Both the position numbers and the translations under genes were made by a program. Shown one piece after another: positions 1 to 10,076 of a stretch of 64,000 nt of DNA. The notes below the pieces were generated by a model. The model saw only the letters and a program-made list of their open reading frames with translations. It was not told the origin of the DNA and did no database searches. Origin of the DNA: Minisyncoccota bacterium (lineage in GTDB: Bacteria > Patescibacteriota > Microgenomatia > UBA1400 > PJMF01); NCBI GenBank assembly GCA_018657765.1, contig JABHWM010000018.1:91541-155540 (forward strand), in the 5' to 3' direction. The first letter of the stretch is position 1. The number at the start of each line of letters is the position of its first letter.

Positions 1-1933
1 CACCAGATCCACCTTTAACTATTCCCGGTTTATATTTTGAAGTGATATCTTCTTGATAATCTGGTTTCTGTCCTTGAGACTTCAAGAAGTTTGTTAAGTT
101 ACGAGTTTCTTGCTCAGAAATAAATGTTCCTTGAACACGACTCGGCTTGGCTTTATCAGGAGAGATATATAACATATCACCCCGACCTAACAATTTTTCT
201 GCTCCAGAAGAATCCAAAATAACTCTAGAATCTGTCTGAGAAGATACATTGAAAGCAATTCTAGTAGGAATATTAGCCTTGATAAGACCAGTAATAACAT
301 CAACAGAAGGACGTTGAGTTGCCAATACCAAATGAATACCCACAGCCCGAGCCATCTGAGCAATTCTAGTGATACTTTCTTCTACTTCGTTAGGTGCAAA
401 TAACATCACATCAGCTAACTCATCGATCACGATCACAATGTTTGGCATCGCTACTAATCCAGCTAGCTCATTATATGAATCAATATTTTTCACCCCAACT
501 TCGGCCAGTTGTTTATATCTATCTTCCATCAGCTTCACGGCCCACTTCAAGGCAGAGACAACTTTACTAGGTTCGACAATAACTGGAGTCAAAAGATGAG
601 GAATATCATTATATGCAGTCAACTCCACACGTTTTGGATCAACCAAAATAAATTTAACTTCTGAAGGACTTGCTCTAAATAAAATAGAACTCATGAAAGC
701 ATTGATAGCTACAGATTTACCAGAACCAGTAGCACCAGCAATCAATACATGAGGCATTCTAGAAATATCTGCGGCAACTGCTTTTCCAGAAACATCAATT
801 CCCAGAGAAACAGCTAACTTTGAAGGATGCTTTTTCAAGGCAGGAGAACTCAACATTCCTTTGAGAGTTACAAACTCTGCAGAATGATTAGGAACCTCGA
901 TACCCACTAATGAACGACCAGCAATTGGAGCCTCGACTCTAATCTGCCCTGTTGGTGCAGCAAGAGCCAGAGCTAGATCTGTAGATAAACTGGTAATCTT
1001 GGAAAGACGAGTTCCTTTAGAAATTTCTAGAGCATATTGAGTCACAGCAGGGCCAAAATTAACCTCTGCTACTCTAGCTTTAATACCAAAAGAATCCAAG
1101 GTGTTTTCGATTATTTGAGCATTTGCCTTTACATCACCTCTTTGGGCTTTACCACCGGGTTTATCTGATAAAAGACTTAGTGGTGGGTACTCCCACAAAA
1201 CAGGCGTATTTGATGGCATTGCGTCCGTTGGGCGAAGAAGATTTTTACCTTCAACTGGTTTCTTTTCTGAACTGATTTTTTCTTTAGTTTTGGCTTGATC
1301 AGAGAGTAACTCTGTTTCTGATTCTATTTTTTTGCCTTCATTAACAGCAAAACCTTTTTTTATTGACTTACCCATTCCTGGAATCTTCAATTGCTCTAGG
1401 CTAAAGCCTTTTTTCTTATCTGAAAAGAGATCTTTAGTTTCTTTATCTGCTTCTTTCTTATTCTTTTTCTTACTGAAAAACTTGGTAATTTCTGCAACTG
1501 ACCATTGAGTCATAACCAAAAAACCAATCACTCCAAAAGAAAAAAACAAAACTATTGAACCAATAGCAGTCAACAGATTAGCAAAATTTGTATAGAGGGC
1601 TCTACCAATTTCTCCTGTACGACCCAGACCTAAAGTCGAGAACATCATCAGTAATGTACCAAGTAATACATGAGGTTTTGACCAAACCCACTTTGCTCTA
1701 AGTGTGGCCAATCCTGCGGAGATAAACACAAAAGGTAAAAATAACATTGCTAAACCAAGTTTTTGAGTTAGTAAATTATTCATTTTTTGTAATAAAAGAC
1801 CTTGTCCAGAGAACGAAACCAAAATAAGCACTCCAAAAGCCATTAGAAAAATAGCTAACACAGAATGAGATGTCTCTGGAGGAATCACTAATTTAAGCTG
1901 ATGCTTTTTTCTTCTTTTTCTCTTTTTTGCCAT
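1..1933 (-). CDS. ftsK: DNA translocase FtsK/SpoIIIE (3' end runs off the window)
   Basis: Not in the ORF track; translated by hand from ATG at 1933 (MAKKRKRRKK...). N-terminal TM helices, MPHVLIAGATGSGKS Walker A, IVIDELAD Walker B, ATQRPSVDVITG, GAEKLLGRGDML. Confidence 0.96.
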   Translation of the reverse strand, partial: MAKKRKRRKKHQLKLVIPPETSHSVLAIFLMAFGVLILVSFSGQGLLLQKMNNLLTQKLGLAMLFLPFVFISAGLATLRAKWVWSKPHVLLGTLLMMFSTLGLGRTGEIGRALYTNFANLLTAIGSIVLFFSFGVIGFLVMTQWSVAEITKFFSKKKNKKEADKETKDLFSDKKKGFSLEQLKIPGMGKSIKKGFAVNEGKKIESETELLSDQAKTKEKISSEKKPVEGKNLLRPTDAMPSNTPVLWEYPPLSLLSDKPGGKAQRGDVKANAQIIENTLDSFGIKARVAEVNFGPAVTQYALEISKGTRLSKITSLSTDLALALAAPTGQIRVEAPIAGRSLVGIEVPNHSAEFVTLKGMLSSPALKKHPSKLAVSLGIDVSGKAVAADISRMPHVLIAGATGSGKSVAINAFMSSILFRASPSEVKFILVDPKRVELTAYNDIPHLLTPVIVEPSKVVSALKWAVKLMEDRYKQLAEVGVKNIDSYNELAGLVAMPNIVIVIDELADVMLFAPNEVEESITRIAQMARAVGIHLVLATQRPSVDVITGLIKANIPTRIAFNVSSQTDSRVILDSSGAEKLLGRGDMLYISPDKAKPSRVQGTFISEQETRNLTNFLKSQGQKPDYQEDITSKYKPGIVKGGSG

Positions 1934-2116
1934 ATTTTCCCTAAGGAAATCTCTGTCTGTGATCTTAAAATAAGTTTTAATAAACTTTAATTAAGATTTA
2001 TATTTAAAATATTATAGGATATTATGCCCAAAGTCAAGCAGTTCATAAAAAATATAATCCACCATCTGGTAAAAACAAACTATAACTCTTCCAATATAGC
2101 ATAGCCAGAGAACGGC

Positions 2117-3784
2117 TTACACATCTAAAATAACTGGAATAATCATTGGCTCTCGACGAATAACCTTGAAAAGTTTTCTAGATAATTTCTTTTCTAGAAT
2201 ACCCAAGATATCTTCCTCTTTCTTGATTTTCTTTGAAGCTTTCTCGAAAATAGCAACTGTTTCTTGTTTTACAAAATCAATAACTTCATTAGATTCCTGT
2301 ACAAATACAAAACCTTTAGAAATTACATCCATTTTACTAAGATCTAGTCTGCCATTAATTCTAGGTAATACCAAAACAACCATTCCTGCTTGAGAAAGAG
2401 AACGACGATCAGATAGCACTGATGGACCAACATCTCCAATACCCAAACCATCTACAGTTCTTGGTTTAATAGTAATAGAGTCAACAACTTTTATCTCACC
2501 ATTACTAATACCCAAAACCTCTTCATGCTTAGGAATAAGAGTAAATCCTTTTTTATATCCCAAAGATTGACTGACATATTCTCTAAATTTGGATCTATGA
2601 CGATCTTCACCACCAATAGGCATCACATACTTGGGATGCAAAAGCTTTACAACCTCTCGTTGCTCTGCTGCACTAGCATGACCAGACTTATGAAGATCTG
2701 GAACAACATCAGGATAAACAACAGTAACGTCATTACCAGCTAACTCATTAACTACTCTGTAGTAAGGAATTTCACTTCCAGGAATAGCTCCTGCAGAAAA
2801 AACAACTTTATCGTTAGGGAAAATCCTAATTTGACGATGTTCACCAAAAACAGCTCTGGTAAGAGAAGAACCTTCTTGACCCTGACTACCAGCAATAACA
2901 ATACATAATTCTCTATCACGATATTGCTCTATATCTCTTTTATCGATCATCACACCATTAGGAATCTTTAGTTTTTTGAGTTCTAGAGCAATCGTTACAT
3001 TCTGCTCTACAGACCTACCAATGAAAGCTACTCTTCTATTCAATTTCTCTGCAGCATCAACTACTTGTTGAATACGATGAATGTGAGAACTCATCAAGGT
3101 AATAACATATTTACCCTTGGTATTAATCATTTGTTTTTCGAGTTCCGGACCAGTAAGAGATTCAGAACCAGTTGGCTCTAGTTGCTCAACTCTGAGACAA
3201 TCTAGTAAAGCCAAAACAATACCTTTATTCCCAACTCGTTTCATAGTCTCGAGATCTGTCTTTACACCATCTATAGGATTATCATCTAACTTGAAATCTG
3301 AACCATGGTAAACAGTTCCTTCTGGAGTCTCGATAACTAGATGTTTTGTATCTGGTACAGAGTGAGTTACAGCCAAAGACATTACAGAGAAATGTTCTCC
3401 AAATTTTACAGGCTCCAAATCTTTAAAAACATTCAGTTCTACCGCTAGTTTCTTTTCTTGAATTTTTTTCTTAACAAAACCAATTGTTAAAGTTGATCCC
3501 CAAATTACAGGCATCTTTTCAAACTCTGGCAAGATATATGGCAAAGCTCCCATATGGTCTTCATGACCATGAGAAATTACCATTCCTACTACTTTTTTAC
3601 CCTGAGCTATCTGCTCATGAAGGTAAGTTGTATCTGGAATAAGAGTATCTACTCCAGGCATATACTCATCTGGAAAACCAATTCCACAATCCACAATGAG
3701 AATTTCATTCCCATATTCATATAAATACATATTTTGGGTTACTTTTCCTAGGCCACCCAATGGCACTATTCTTAATTCTGACAT
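2117..3784 (-). CDS. rnj: Ribonuclease J
   Basis: PLGGLG start, HGHEDHMGA metallo-beta-lactamase motif, HSVPD, GSQG, HKSGHA; 555 aa. Confidence 0.95.
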   Translation of the reverse strand: MSELRIVPLGGLGKVTQNMYLYEYGNEILIVDCGIGFPDEYMPGVDTLIPDTTYLHEQIAQGKKVVGMVISHGHEDHMGALPYILPEFEKMPVIWGSTLTIGFVKKKIQEKKLAVELNVFKDLEPVKFGEHFSVMSLAVTHSVPDTKHLVIETPEGTVYHGSDFKLDDNPIDGVKTDLETMKRVGNKGIVLALLDCLRVEQLEPTGSESLTGPELEKQMINTKGKYVITLMSSHIHRIQQVVDAAEKLNRRVAFIGRSVEQNVTIALELKKLKIPNGVMIDKRDIEQYRDRELCIVIAGSQGQEGSSLTRAVFGEHRQIRIFPNDKVVFSAGAIPGSEIPYYRVVNELAGNDVTVVYPDVVPDLHKSGHASAAEQREVVKLLHPKYVMPIGGEDRHRSKFREYVSQSLGYKKGFTLIPKHEEVLGISNGEIKVVDSITIKPRTVDGLGIGDVGPSVLSDRRSLSQAGMVVLVLPRINGRLDLSKMDVISKGFVFVQESNEVIDFVKQETVAIFEKASKKIKKEEDILGILEKKLSRKLFKVIRREPMIIPVILDV

Positions 3785-3835
3785 TTTGTCCTTTCTTAAT
3801 TAAGTGAAGTTAAAAATCAAAACTTTTTTACAAGT

Positions 3836-4462
3836 TTAAAATAATATTTCTTCTATATTTCCTTTTAATTTTTTTGTTTGTTTTTGTTGTCCTATCCAGT
3901 CTAGAATCTTTTCTATCTTTTGAAAATCAGCTAAAAAGGATATTTTTGTTTTTCCAGAGTAAAGTGCTGCTGCTGGATGATACATTGGTAAAATAAATAT
4001 ATTTTTACCTTCCCAATTTACCTTGTGTAAATGACCATGAACCTGAGAGATTTTTACATCTGGTAAAAACTTTCCCATACTAAACCTACCAAGCGTCACG
4101 ATTATTTCTGGTTGTAAGATCTCTATTTCTTTGTTTAGAAAAGGTCTATAAGCTTCTATTTCCTCTGGTGTAGGATCTCTATTCTCGGGAGGTCTTACTT
4201 TTACAATATTACTAATAAAGACTTTTTCTGGTTTCAAGCCTACTTCTGTAAGAGTTTTTCTGAGTAGCTTTCCAGATCTCCCAACAAATGGTCTTCGTTG
4301 AATTGCTTCATCTTTACCTGGTGCTTCTCCTATCAACATAATCTTTGCACTGGCGTCACCTTCACCATGTACTAGATCTTCTTTTTTTGTAGCTAAAGGG
4401 AGAATATGATATGAATTTTCTATTTCTTGTTGCAAATCCTCGAGCAAAGCAGCTTTATCCAT
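3836..4462 (-). CDS. Uracil-DNA glycosylase family 4, lacking Fe-S cysteines
   Basis: GEAPG, PFVG, RPPENRDP and YHPAAAL motifs; no Cys in the protein. Confidence 0.92.
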   Translation of the reverse strand: MDKAALLEDLQQEIENSYHILPLATKKEDLVHGEGDASAKIMLIGEAPGKDEAIQRRPFVGRSGKLLRKTLTEVGLKPEKVFISNIVKVRPPENRDPTPEEIEAYRPFLNKEIEILQPEIIVTLGRFSMGKFLPDVKISQVHGHLHKVNWEGKNIFILPMYHPAAALYSGKTKISFLADFQKIEKILDWIGQQKQTKKLKGNIEEILF

Positions 4463-4578
4463 TGGTATATGATAACACAGAAGTGGGTTTTTTCTTGTTT
4501 TTGGTGAAATTTAAGTATTTAGTACCTAAAATAGCAAAAAAGTAATATGGATAATTAGCTAAAATAAATACCAATACA

Positions 4579-4602
4579 AAAGGGAGCCGGAGGGCTCCCT
4601 TT
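4579..4602 (-). terminator. Intrinsic terminator after the 4634-7152 gene pair
   Basis: AAAGGGAGCC-GGAG-GGCTCCCTTT inverted repeat with flanking A/T tracts. Confidence 0.75.
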
Positions 4603-4633
4603 ATTTAGTTTTCTGTTTTAATAAATTTAAAAA

Positions 4634-4837
4634 CTAATTATCTTCAGCTTTTTCTTCTACTATGACTTCTTCCATTTCTTTAACTAATTCACCAGATCTA
4701 TCAGCAGAATCTGCTTGAGCTTGAGTAAGAGCAGCCATTGTTCGAAGTTTCTCTTCAGAAACACCCAAATCTTCAATATCTTTATAAAAATCATCAGCGG
4801 ATTGAGTCTGAGAGTTTTGTGCTTGTTGGTCTTGCAT
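4634..4837 (-). CDS. Small acidic hypothetical protein
   Basis: 67-aa ORF with AAGGA SD, followed by a terminator; no recognisable motif. Confidence 0.7.
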   Translation of the reverse strand: MQDQQAQNSQTQSADDFYKDIEDLGVSEEKLRTMAALTQAQADSADRSGELVKEMEEVIVEEKAEDN

Positions 4838-4878
4838 AATTTTATCCTTTTTTTATTTTATTTAGTTAAACTTAATAA

Positions 4879-7152
4879 CTACTTAAATGCTGCTAATTCT
4901 TCAGCCATTCTACTAGCCAGCTCATCTTGACCTGCTTCTCTGAGATCTTTAACTATTTTCCTCAAATTTTTAACAGCCTCTTTATTATCTTTTTTAAGAG
5001 CAGCCTCCTCTTTTTTAGCTGATTTACCAGCTCCTATACCTACTTTTTCTGCTAATCCAGAGAGAATATTTAAAGAAGCCCAGCCACTTGATATACCAGC
5101 TGCTACTTTTACTGATTTTGGAGAATTATCTACAATAAATCTAGCAAATTCAACAGCTTTACCTGTAGCTTCAGCTCCAACGGCTGATGCACTAACTGCC
5201 CATACTCTCAATTTTTCTAAAATATCAGGAGCTGACTCAACAGCTACTCGTGATCCTTCAGCTATGGCTTGACCAGAACTTTCTAATAATCCAGGGCCTA
5301 GCTCTGCAATTGCCACTCCACCAATAGTTGCCAATCCTGCAGCAGCAAAATATCTTATTATTTTATCTACAGTTGGTTTTTCATCTGTGATTCTTTTACT
5401 AAGGCGCTTGAGAATTTTTGTGTAGTACTCTCTTCTTTCTTTTTGAGTTTTAAGTTCAGATGCAGTATTTTGTTTCTCTGAAGAAGATGCTTCTTTTCTG
5501 TTTGTTATAATTCTTGACTGAACAATAACTTCTGAAGCTATCTTATTTTTTGTAAACTCTAATACTGACTTTGCTTGCATAATTCTCTCTGCCAGTACCA
5601 TGAGTTGATCAGCTGCTTCTGGATGATTTTCTACATGATCTCTCAAACTATCATAAGATATTAGCAATTTGGCATATTCTCCATAAGCTTGGAGTGCATT
5701 CTCATACATAGATCCAGGAACAACCTCATGTTTATCATAAATTTTTTGGTTTTTATTTTCGTCAGTCATCTTTCCACCAACTTTTTCCATAACCTCTGTT
5801 TTTTGATCTCTATTAAGAGCACCAAACATTTCATTTGGTTTGATAAGTTCTTTGAAAATATCTCCAGAGGCTTGTCTCATTGTTTCTCTATCTAAAACAA
5901 TAGCTTCTGAAACTCCATTAACTACTCCCTTTGATACTTGCCATGGGGCAATTGCTTCAAGTAATGCTGCTCTAATTTCTTTGGCTTTTCCTGGGAAACG
6001 TTGTTCCATACTCATAGCAATCTTTTTGAGAGGACGGATAACATCCATAGATTTTCTAGAAAAATCAATTGCTTTAACTCTAGCAGTAATTAACTTATCA
6101 ATAGTAAGATCTGCAGCAGATTTTGGAAGAGCATCTACTACTTCCCAGCCTAATTCAAAAGCTTCTTCTTGAGCTTTCTCGCTAGACTCTACCTGCTTAC
6201 CTTCATACTCCCAAGAAAGATCTTTATCTTCTCCTCTAGAATCAAGAACTAATTGTTTAGTTTCTGTAATACTTTTCAGAGCATCATTAAATCCTTCTAA
6301 AAGCTCAGCCATACTTACATTACTTTTTTCAAGTTCTTCTCTTGTTGCTGGATCATTCAATAATTCACTTAATGATTCCATTGCTCCGCCTGTTTTTCCA
6401 CCAAAACTAGCTGATTCCATGATTAATGCTGTTAAAGATTTCAAAACAACTGGGCCAACTTTTTTTGCGAGTTCAGTACTTCCCAAACTTTTCTCCAAAA
6501 GAGCTGGAAGTTGACTATCTCTAACTTGATCAAATTTAACTGCAGCATCTAGGTTACCCATAATGTCACTGATAAGTTTTGATCCTTCAATAGTGCTTTC
6601 TGCTCTTCTTTGAGAACGCTCTGATGTTTCTTCTTCTGGTTTTTCATCAGTAGTTTCACTAACTTCTTCTGCAGCTTTCTCCTTCTTTAAACCTAAAGTT
6701 TTTAGAACTGGAACAACTCTCTCTGCTACTAAACTAGAGATTCTTCCTTTTATCTCACGACCAATTACTGCTTCAACTTCCGTTCTAATTTTCTCTGTAA
6801 CTTTTATTCCAGCTTCCTTCAATTTAGCAATTATCACTTCATCTGAAAGATCTTTATGAATAGAGTCCTTTAGATTTCCTGCTGTTAATTCAATATTTTT
6901 ACCAAGTTGTCCTGCTCTATCTCCTACAACATCAACTCCTTTTCCAAACTTATCAGCAACTTCACCAGCTGCATGTCCTGCCTTTACAGCAGTATCAGTT
7001 ACCAAATTCACCCCTTGGGTAGCTCTTGTTACAGCAGCACCTTCTTCGGCTCTTTTCCCCAAACTATTTGCTATTTTATTTTCTTTAATTTTTTGACCAA
7101 ATCCAGACATTTTTTCTTTAAAACTTGGCTTTGGAGAAGAACCTTCTGTCAT
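4879..7152 (-). CDS. Large helical hypothetical protein with C-terminal Gly/Ala-rich hydrophobic segments
   Basis: 757-aa ORF, E/K/A-rich; hydrophobic stretches such as YFAAAGLATIGGVAIAELG near the C-terminus. Confidence 0.8.
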   Translation of the reverse strand: MTEGSSPKPSFKEKMSGFGQKIKENKIANSLGKRAEEGAAVTRATQGVNLVTDTAVKAGHAAGEVADKFGKGVDVVGDRAGQLGKNIELTAGNLKDSIHKDLSDEVIIAKLKEAGIKVTEKIRTEVEAVIGREIKGRISSLVAERVVPVLKTLGLKKEKAAEEVSETTDEKPEEETSERSQRRAESTIEGSKLISDIMGNLDAAVKFDQVRDSQLPALLEKSLGSTELAKKVGPVVLKSLTALIMESASFGGKTGGAMESLSELLNDPATREELEKSNVSMAELLEGFNDALKSITETKQLVLDSRGEDKDLSWEYEGKQVESSEKAQEEAFELGWEVVDALPKSAADLTIDKLITARVKAIDFSRKSMDVIRPLKKIAMSMEQRFPGKAKEIRAALLEAIAPWQVSKGVVNGVSEAIVLDRETMRQASGDIFKELIKPNEMFGALNRDQKTEVMEKVGGKMTDENKNQKIYDKHEVVPGSMYENALQAYGEYAKLLISYDSLRDHVENHPEAADQLMVLAERIMQAKSVLEFTKNKIASEVIVQSRIITNRKEASSSEKQNTASELKTQKERREYYTKILKRLSKRITDEKPTVDKIIRYFAAAGLATIGGVAIAELGPGLLESSGQAIAEGSRVAVESAPDILEKLRVWAVSASAVGAEATGKAVEFARFIVDNSPKSVKVAAGISSGWASLNILSGLAEKVGIGAGKSAKKEEAALKKDNKEAVKNLRKIVKDLREAGQDELASRMAEELAAFK

Positions 7153-7314
7153 AATTTCTTTCTTATAATAATTAACTTACTTACTAAAATTACTAATAAT
7201 ACATACAAGATCTATTAGACATCAAAACTACCCCTTCAGTCAATATATTTAAATCATACAAACTAGATCAGTTAACCCAAGAAGCATAATTTATAAAAAA
7301 ATAAAACAAAAAAC

Positions 7315-8373
7315 CTAATACCTAGGCATAAAAATCTTGGCGTTTTCTTTGGTAATAACTACCTTTTCGAAATCACGTTCTACAATAATTCTGACTGCTT
7401 TACGAACAGCACCCATTAGGGTTCTTTGCAATGTACGAATACCCATGTCATACCCCAAAGGACGAGTAATCATTTTCCAAACATCTTCCTTCAGAATAAA
7501 CTGTTCTGGTTTGAGACCAGCATCTTTTAATAATCCAGGAAGAATATATTGCTTGGCAATCTCTATTTTTTCATTATCTGTATAAGAAGGCATTGTGATT
7601 TTTTCCATACGATCCATAACAGCAGTAGCAATCTTGGTTGTATTATTTGCCGTAGCCAAGAAAATACAATGACTCAGATCTACTGGATAATCTATATATG
7701 AATCTGTAAAAGCATGATTTTGAGCAGGATCTAGTAACTCCACCAAAACACCCATTAGATCCATATTAGCGTCTTCCGCTCCACGATCTATTTCATCAAG
7801 TAAAATAACTGGATTTTTTACACCAGCTTCAGAAATACCTTTTATAACTTTACCAGGTTCAGAGCCAAGTAGTAAACGAGAATTACCTCTTAGTTCTTTG
7901 GCAGAACCCATACCACCAAAAGGTATACGAACTAACTCTCTCCCCAAAGCTTCTGCCAGAGAATAAGCAAAAGTTGTTTTACCAGTACCCACCAAACCAA
8001 CCAATAATAAAATAGGAGCTTTAAAACCTTCTCCTGTTGATTGCTTACCACGAAGATTCAGAACAGAAATATATTCTAAAAAACGATCCTTAACCTCCTG
8101 CATACCATAATGATGCTTATCAAAAATCTCTTTGGCTTTTTGCAAATCAGTGGTATCTGTAGTTTCTTTTACCCAAGGAATACTTAATACCCAGTGAATA
8201 TATCTAGAAACTTTTTCATATTTCTCATCATAACTACCCAGTTCAACACTTCTTTCCAGAGAGACAATTTCTTTGTCTACTTTTTCACGCATTTCTTCTG
8301 GTAAATCTGCTTTACTAGATTCATCACGAAGGTCTTGAATTTCTTGTTGGAGAACTTGTTTGTAATCAGTCAT
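7315..8373 (-). CDS. Lon-type AAA+ ATPase module without N-domain or protease domain
   Basis: HHYGMQEVKDRFLEY, GLVGTGKT Walker A, NPVILLDEID Walker B, LLDPAQNHAFTDSY, ATAN, DRME, GIRTLQR; ends where the Lon protease domain would begin. Confidence 0.9.
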   Translation of the reverse strand: MTDYKQVLQQEIQDLRDESSKADLPEEMREKVDKEIVSLERSVELGSYDEKYEKVSRYIHWVLSIPWVKETTDTTDLQKAKEIFDKHHYGMQEVKDRFLEYISVLNLRGKQSTGEGFKAPILLLVGLVGTGKTTFAYSLAEALGRELVRIPFGGMGSAKELRGNSRLLLGSEPGKVIKGISEAGVKNPVILLDEIDRGAEDANMDLMGVLVELLDPAQNHAFTDSYIDYPVDLSHCIFLATANNTTKIATAVMDRMEKITMPSYTDNEKIEIAKQYILPGLLKDAGLKPEQFILKEDVWKMITRPLGYDMGIRTLQRTLMGAVRKAVRIIVERDFEKVVITKENAKIFMPRY

Positions 8374-8409
8374 GGGCAGTAGACTCTACTATATATATTT
8401 CTGATACTT

Positions 8410-9006
8410 CTAAACTTCTTGATCGTTTTCTGAGGCTTCTTCTTTTAGAACTTCCTCATCTATTTCTTCTGACAATTCTGTAACAGGTAATACTTGTTGA
8501 GTCACAACACCCATTCCCATCAGGAATAGTCCACCAACGATCATTAAAAAAGTATTTTCTACACCACCAGAAACAGGTAAGGTTGCAGAACTACTTTCTG
8601 TAGCTCCACCAACACCAGTATCTGTAGTAGTCGTCGTGGTTGTTGTAGTAGTTGTTTCAGAGGTTCCTGAATCTATTAACAAAATATAATCTAGTGTTTC
8701 TAGATTGGAAGCAATCTTCAGAGTATGTGCTGCATCAGCCAATTCACTGATAGGAGTATAGGTCCAGTCTCCATCAACATCTGCCAAAACAGCAACTGTC
8801 AGATCATCAATAGTAATATCAACTGTAGCATCTGGAGAAGCTTTACCTACCAAAGTAGGAGTAGAGTCTGTAGTGCTGATACTAATCAAAGCACCAACAG
8901 TCGTTCCTCCTGCGCTAATAAGCTCTAGAGTTGCGGCGAGAACATAGCTATTTGTCATCAACAAAAAAGCCAAAAATACCATTGCTATCTTAATAATTTT
9001 ATTCAT
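8410..9006 (-). CDS. Secreted Ig-like surface protein with Thr-rich linker and LPxTG-like (LPVSG) signal
   Basis: Signal peptide, TPTLVGKA...ADVDGDWTYTP Ig-like pattern, poly-Thr, LPVSG followed by a TM helix. Confidence 0.75.
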   Translation of the reverse strand: MNKIIKIAMVFLAFLLMTNSYVLAATLELISAGGTTVGALISISTTDSTPTLVGKASPDATVDITIDDLTVAVLADVDGDWTYTPISELADAAHTLKIASNLETLDYILLIDSGTSETTTTTTTTTTTDTGVGGATESSSATLPVSGGVENTFLMIVGGLFLMGMGVVTQQVLPVTELSEEIDEEVLKEEASENDQEV

Positions 9007-9137
9007 ATTTATGTATTTTTCTCTTAAATTTCAAAAAGAGTACTAAGGATCTAATATACCTCATAACAAACCCTCAAAACAACCGATCAATATATATCAA
9101 AAAAATAATTAGCCAAAATTATAAAAAATAGAATGAT

Positions 9138-10058
9138 CTAACCCTTAATTCTATCCCTACCTAATAAACCAGTCTGAGCACCAAAATATCTAATTACAGA
9201 TCCTGCATTTCTAACTCCCCACTCGACTGATGTTTTGGGAGGTAAGTTCAAATATTGACCAGCTACATAACCTGTTGCAAAGGCATCACCAGCACCAGTA
9301 TCATCAACAGATTTTGATTTAGCTCCAAAAAACTTCAAAGATTTTTCTCCATGAATATATACCTCACCACCTTCAGCACCTTTTGTAACAACTATTTGAG
9401 GAATTTCTTTGATTAATTGCTTTTGCTGCTTTCTAACCAACTCCCACTCTTTTGCATTCAGAAACAGAATCAAACAAGGAATCTCCTCAATATTTATTTT
9501 TCCATCAGCTAGCAAGGCTAATTCTTTACTACCAGGATTCCAAGAAAGCTTTAATTCTGGGTTTACTTTGACAAGTTCAAAAATACGCTTTAATGTTTCT
9601 AGACGACCAGAAATACTAGATAAATGAACCCAACGAGCCTTGGTTAATCTATATGGCGAGATATCAAATGAATCTAGCATAGAAGCAGCACCTCGATGAA
9701 CCATGACTGTTCTTCTACCATTGCCAGAAACCAAGATCACAGAACCACCTGTAATCTCTCGTTTCTCTTTGATAATAAGACTGGTATCTACTCTATTTTT
9801 TTGTAAATTTCTGAAAATAACATTAGCAAAATCATCTTTACCGGTCTCACTAATTACAGCAGCATCAAAACCCAATCTAGTGAAACCTGTAGCTGTGTTA
9901 GCTCCTCCTCCGCCAATTCTAACCACAAAACTCTCGATATCTACTTTATCTCCCTGCAAAACAAAACGATTTTCTCCATCCAAATCATCCACTTTGAACT
10001 TATCAGAATGAATAAACATATCAACTAAAGAAGAACCGATAGAAATAAAATCATGCAT
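9138..10058 (-). CDS. PfkB-family carbohydrate kinase
   Basis: GGGGANTA, VTKGAEG and DDTGAGDAF motifs. Confidence 0.93.
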   Translation of the reverse strand: MHDFISIGSSLVDMFIHSDKFKVDDLDGENRFVLQGDKVDIESFVVRIGGGGANTATGFTRLGFDAAVISETGKDDFANVIFRNLQKNRVDTSLIIKEKREITGGSVILVSGNGRRTVMVHRGAASMLDSFDISPYRLTKARWVHLSSISGRLETLKRIFELVKVNPELKLSWNPGSKELALLADGKINIEEIPCLILFLNAKEWELVRKQQKQLIKEIPQIVVTKGAEGGEVYIHGEKSLKFFGAKSKSVDDTGAGDAFATGYVAGQYLNLPPKTSVEWGVRNAGSVIRYFGAQTGLLGRDRIKG

Positions 10059-10076
10059 ACTAAAAGTGTACTCTGT

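Noticed and set aside
8620-8660. GTA/GTC/GTT triplet run as a contingency repeat
   Set aside because: It uses mixed Thr codons in a linker and is not a pure slippage tract.
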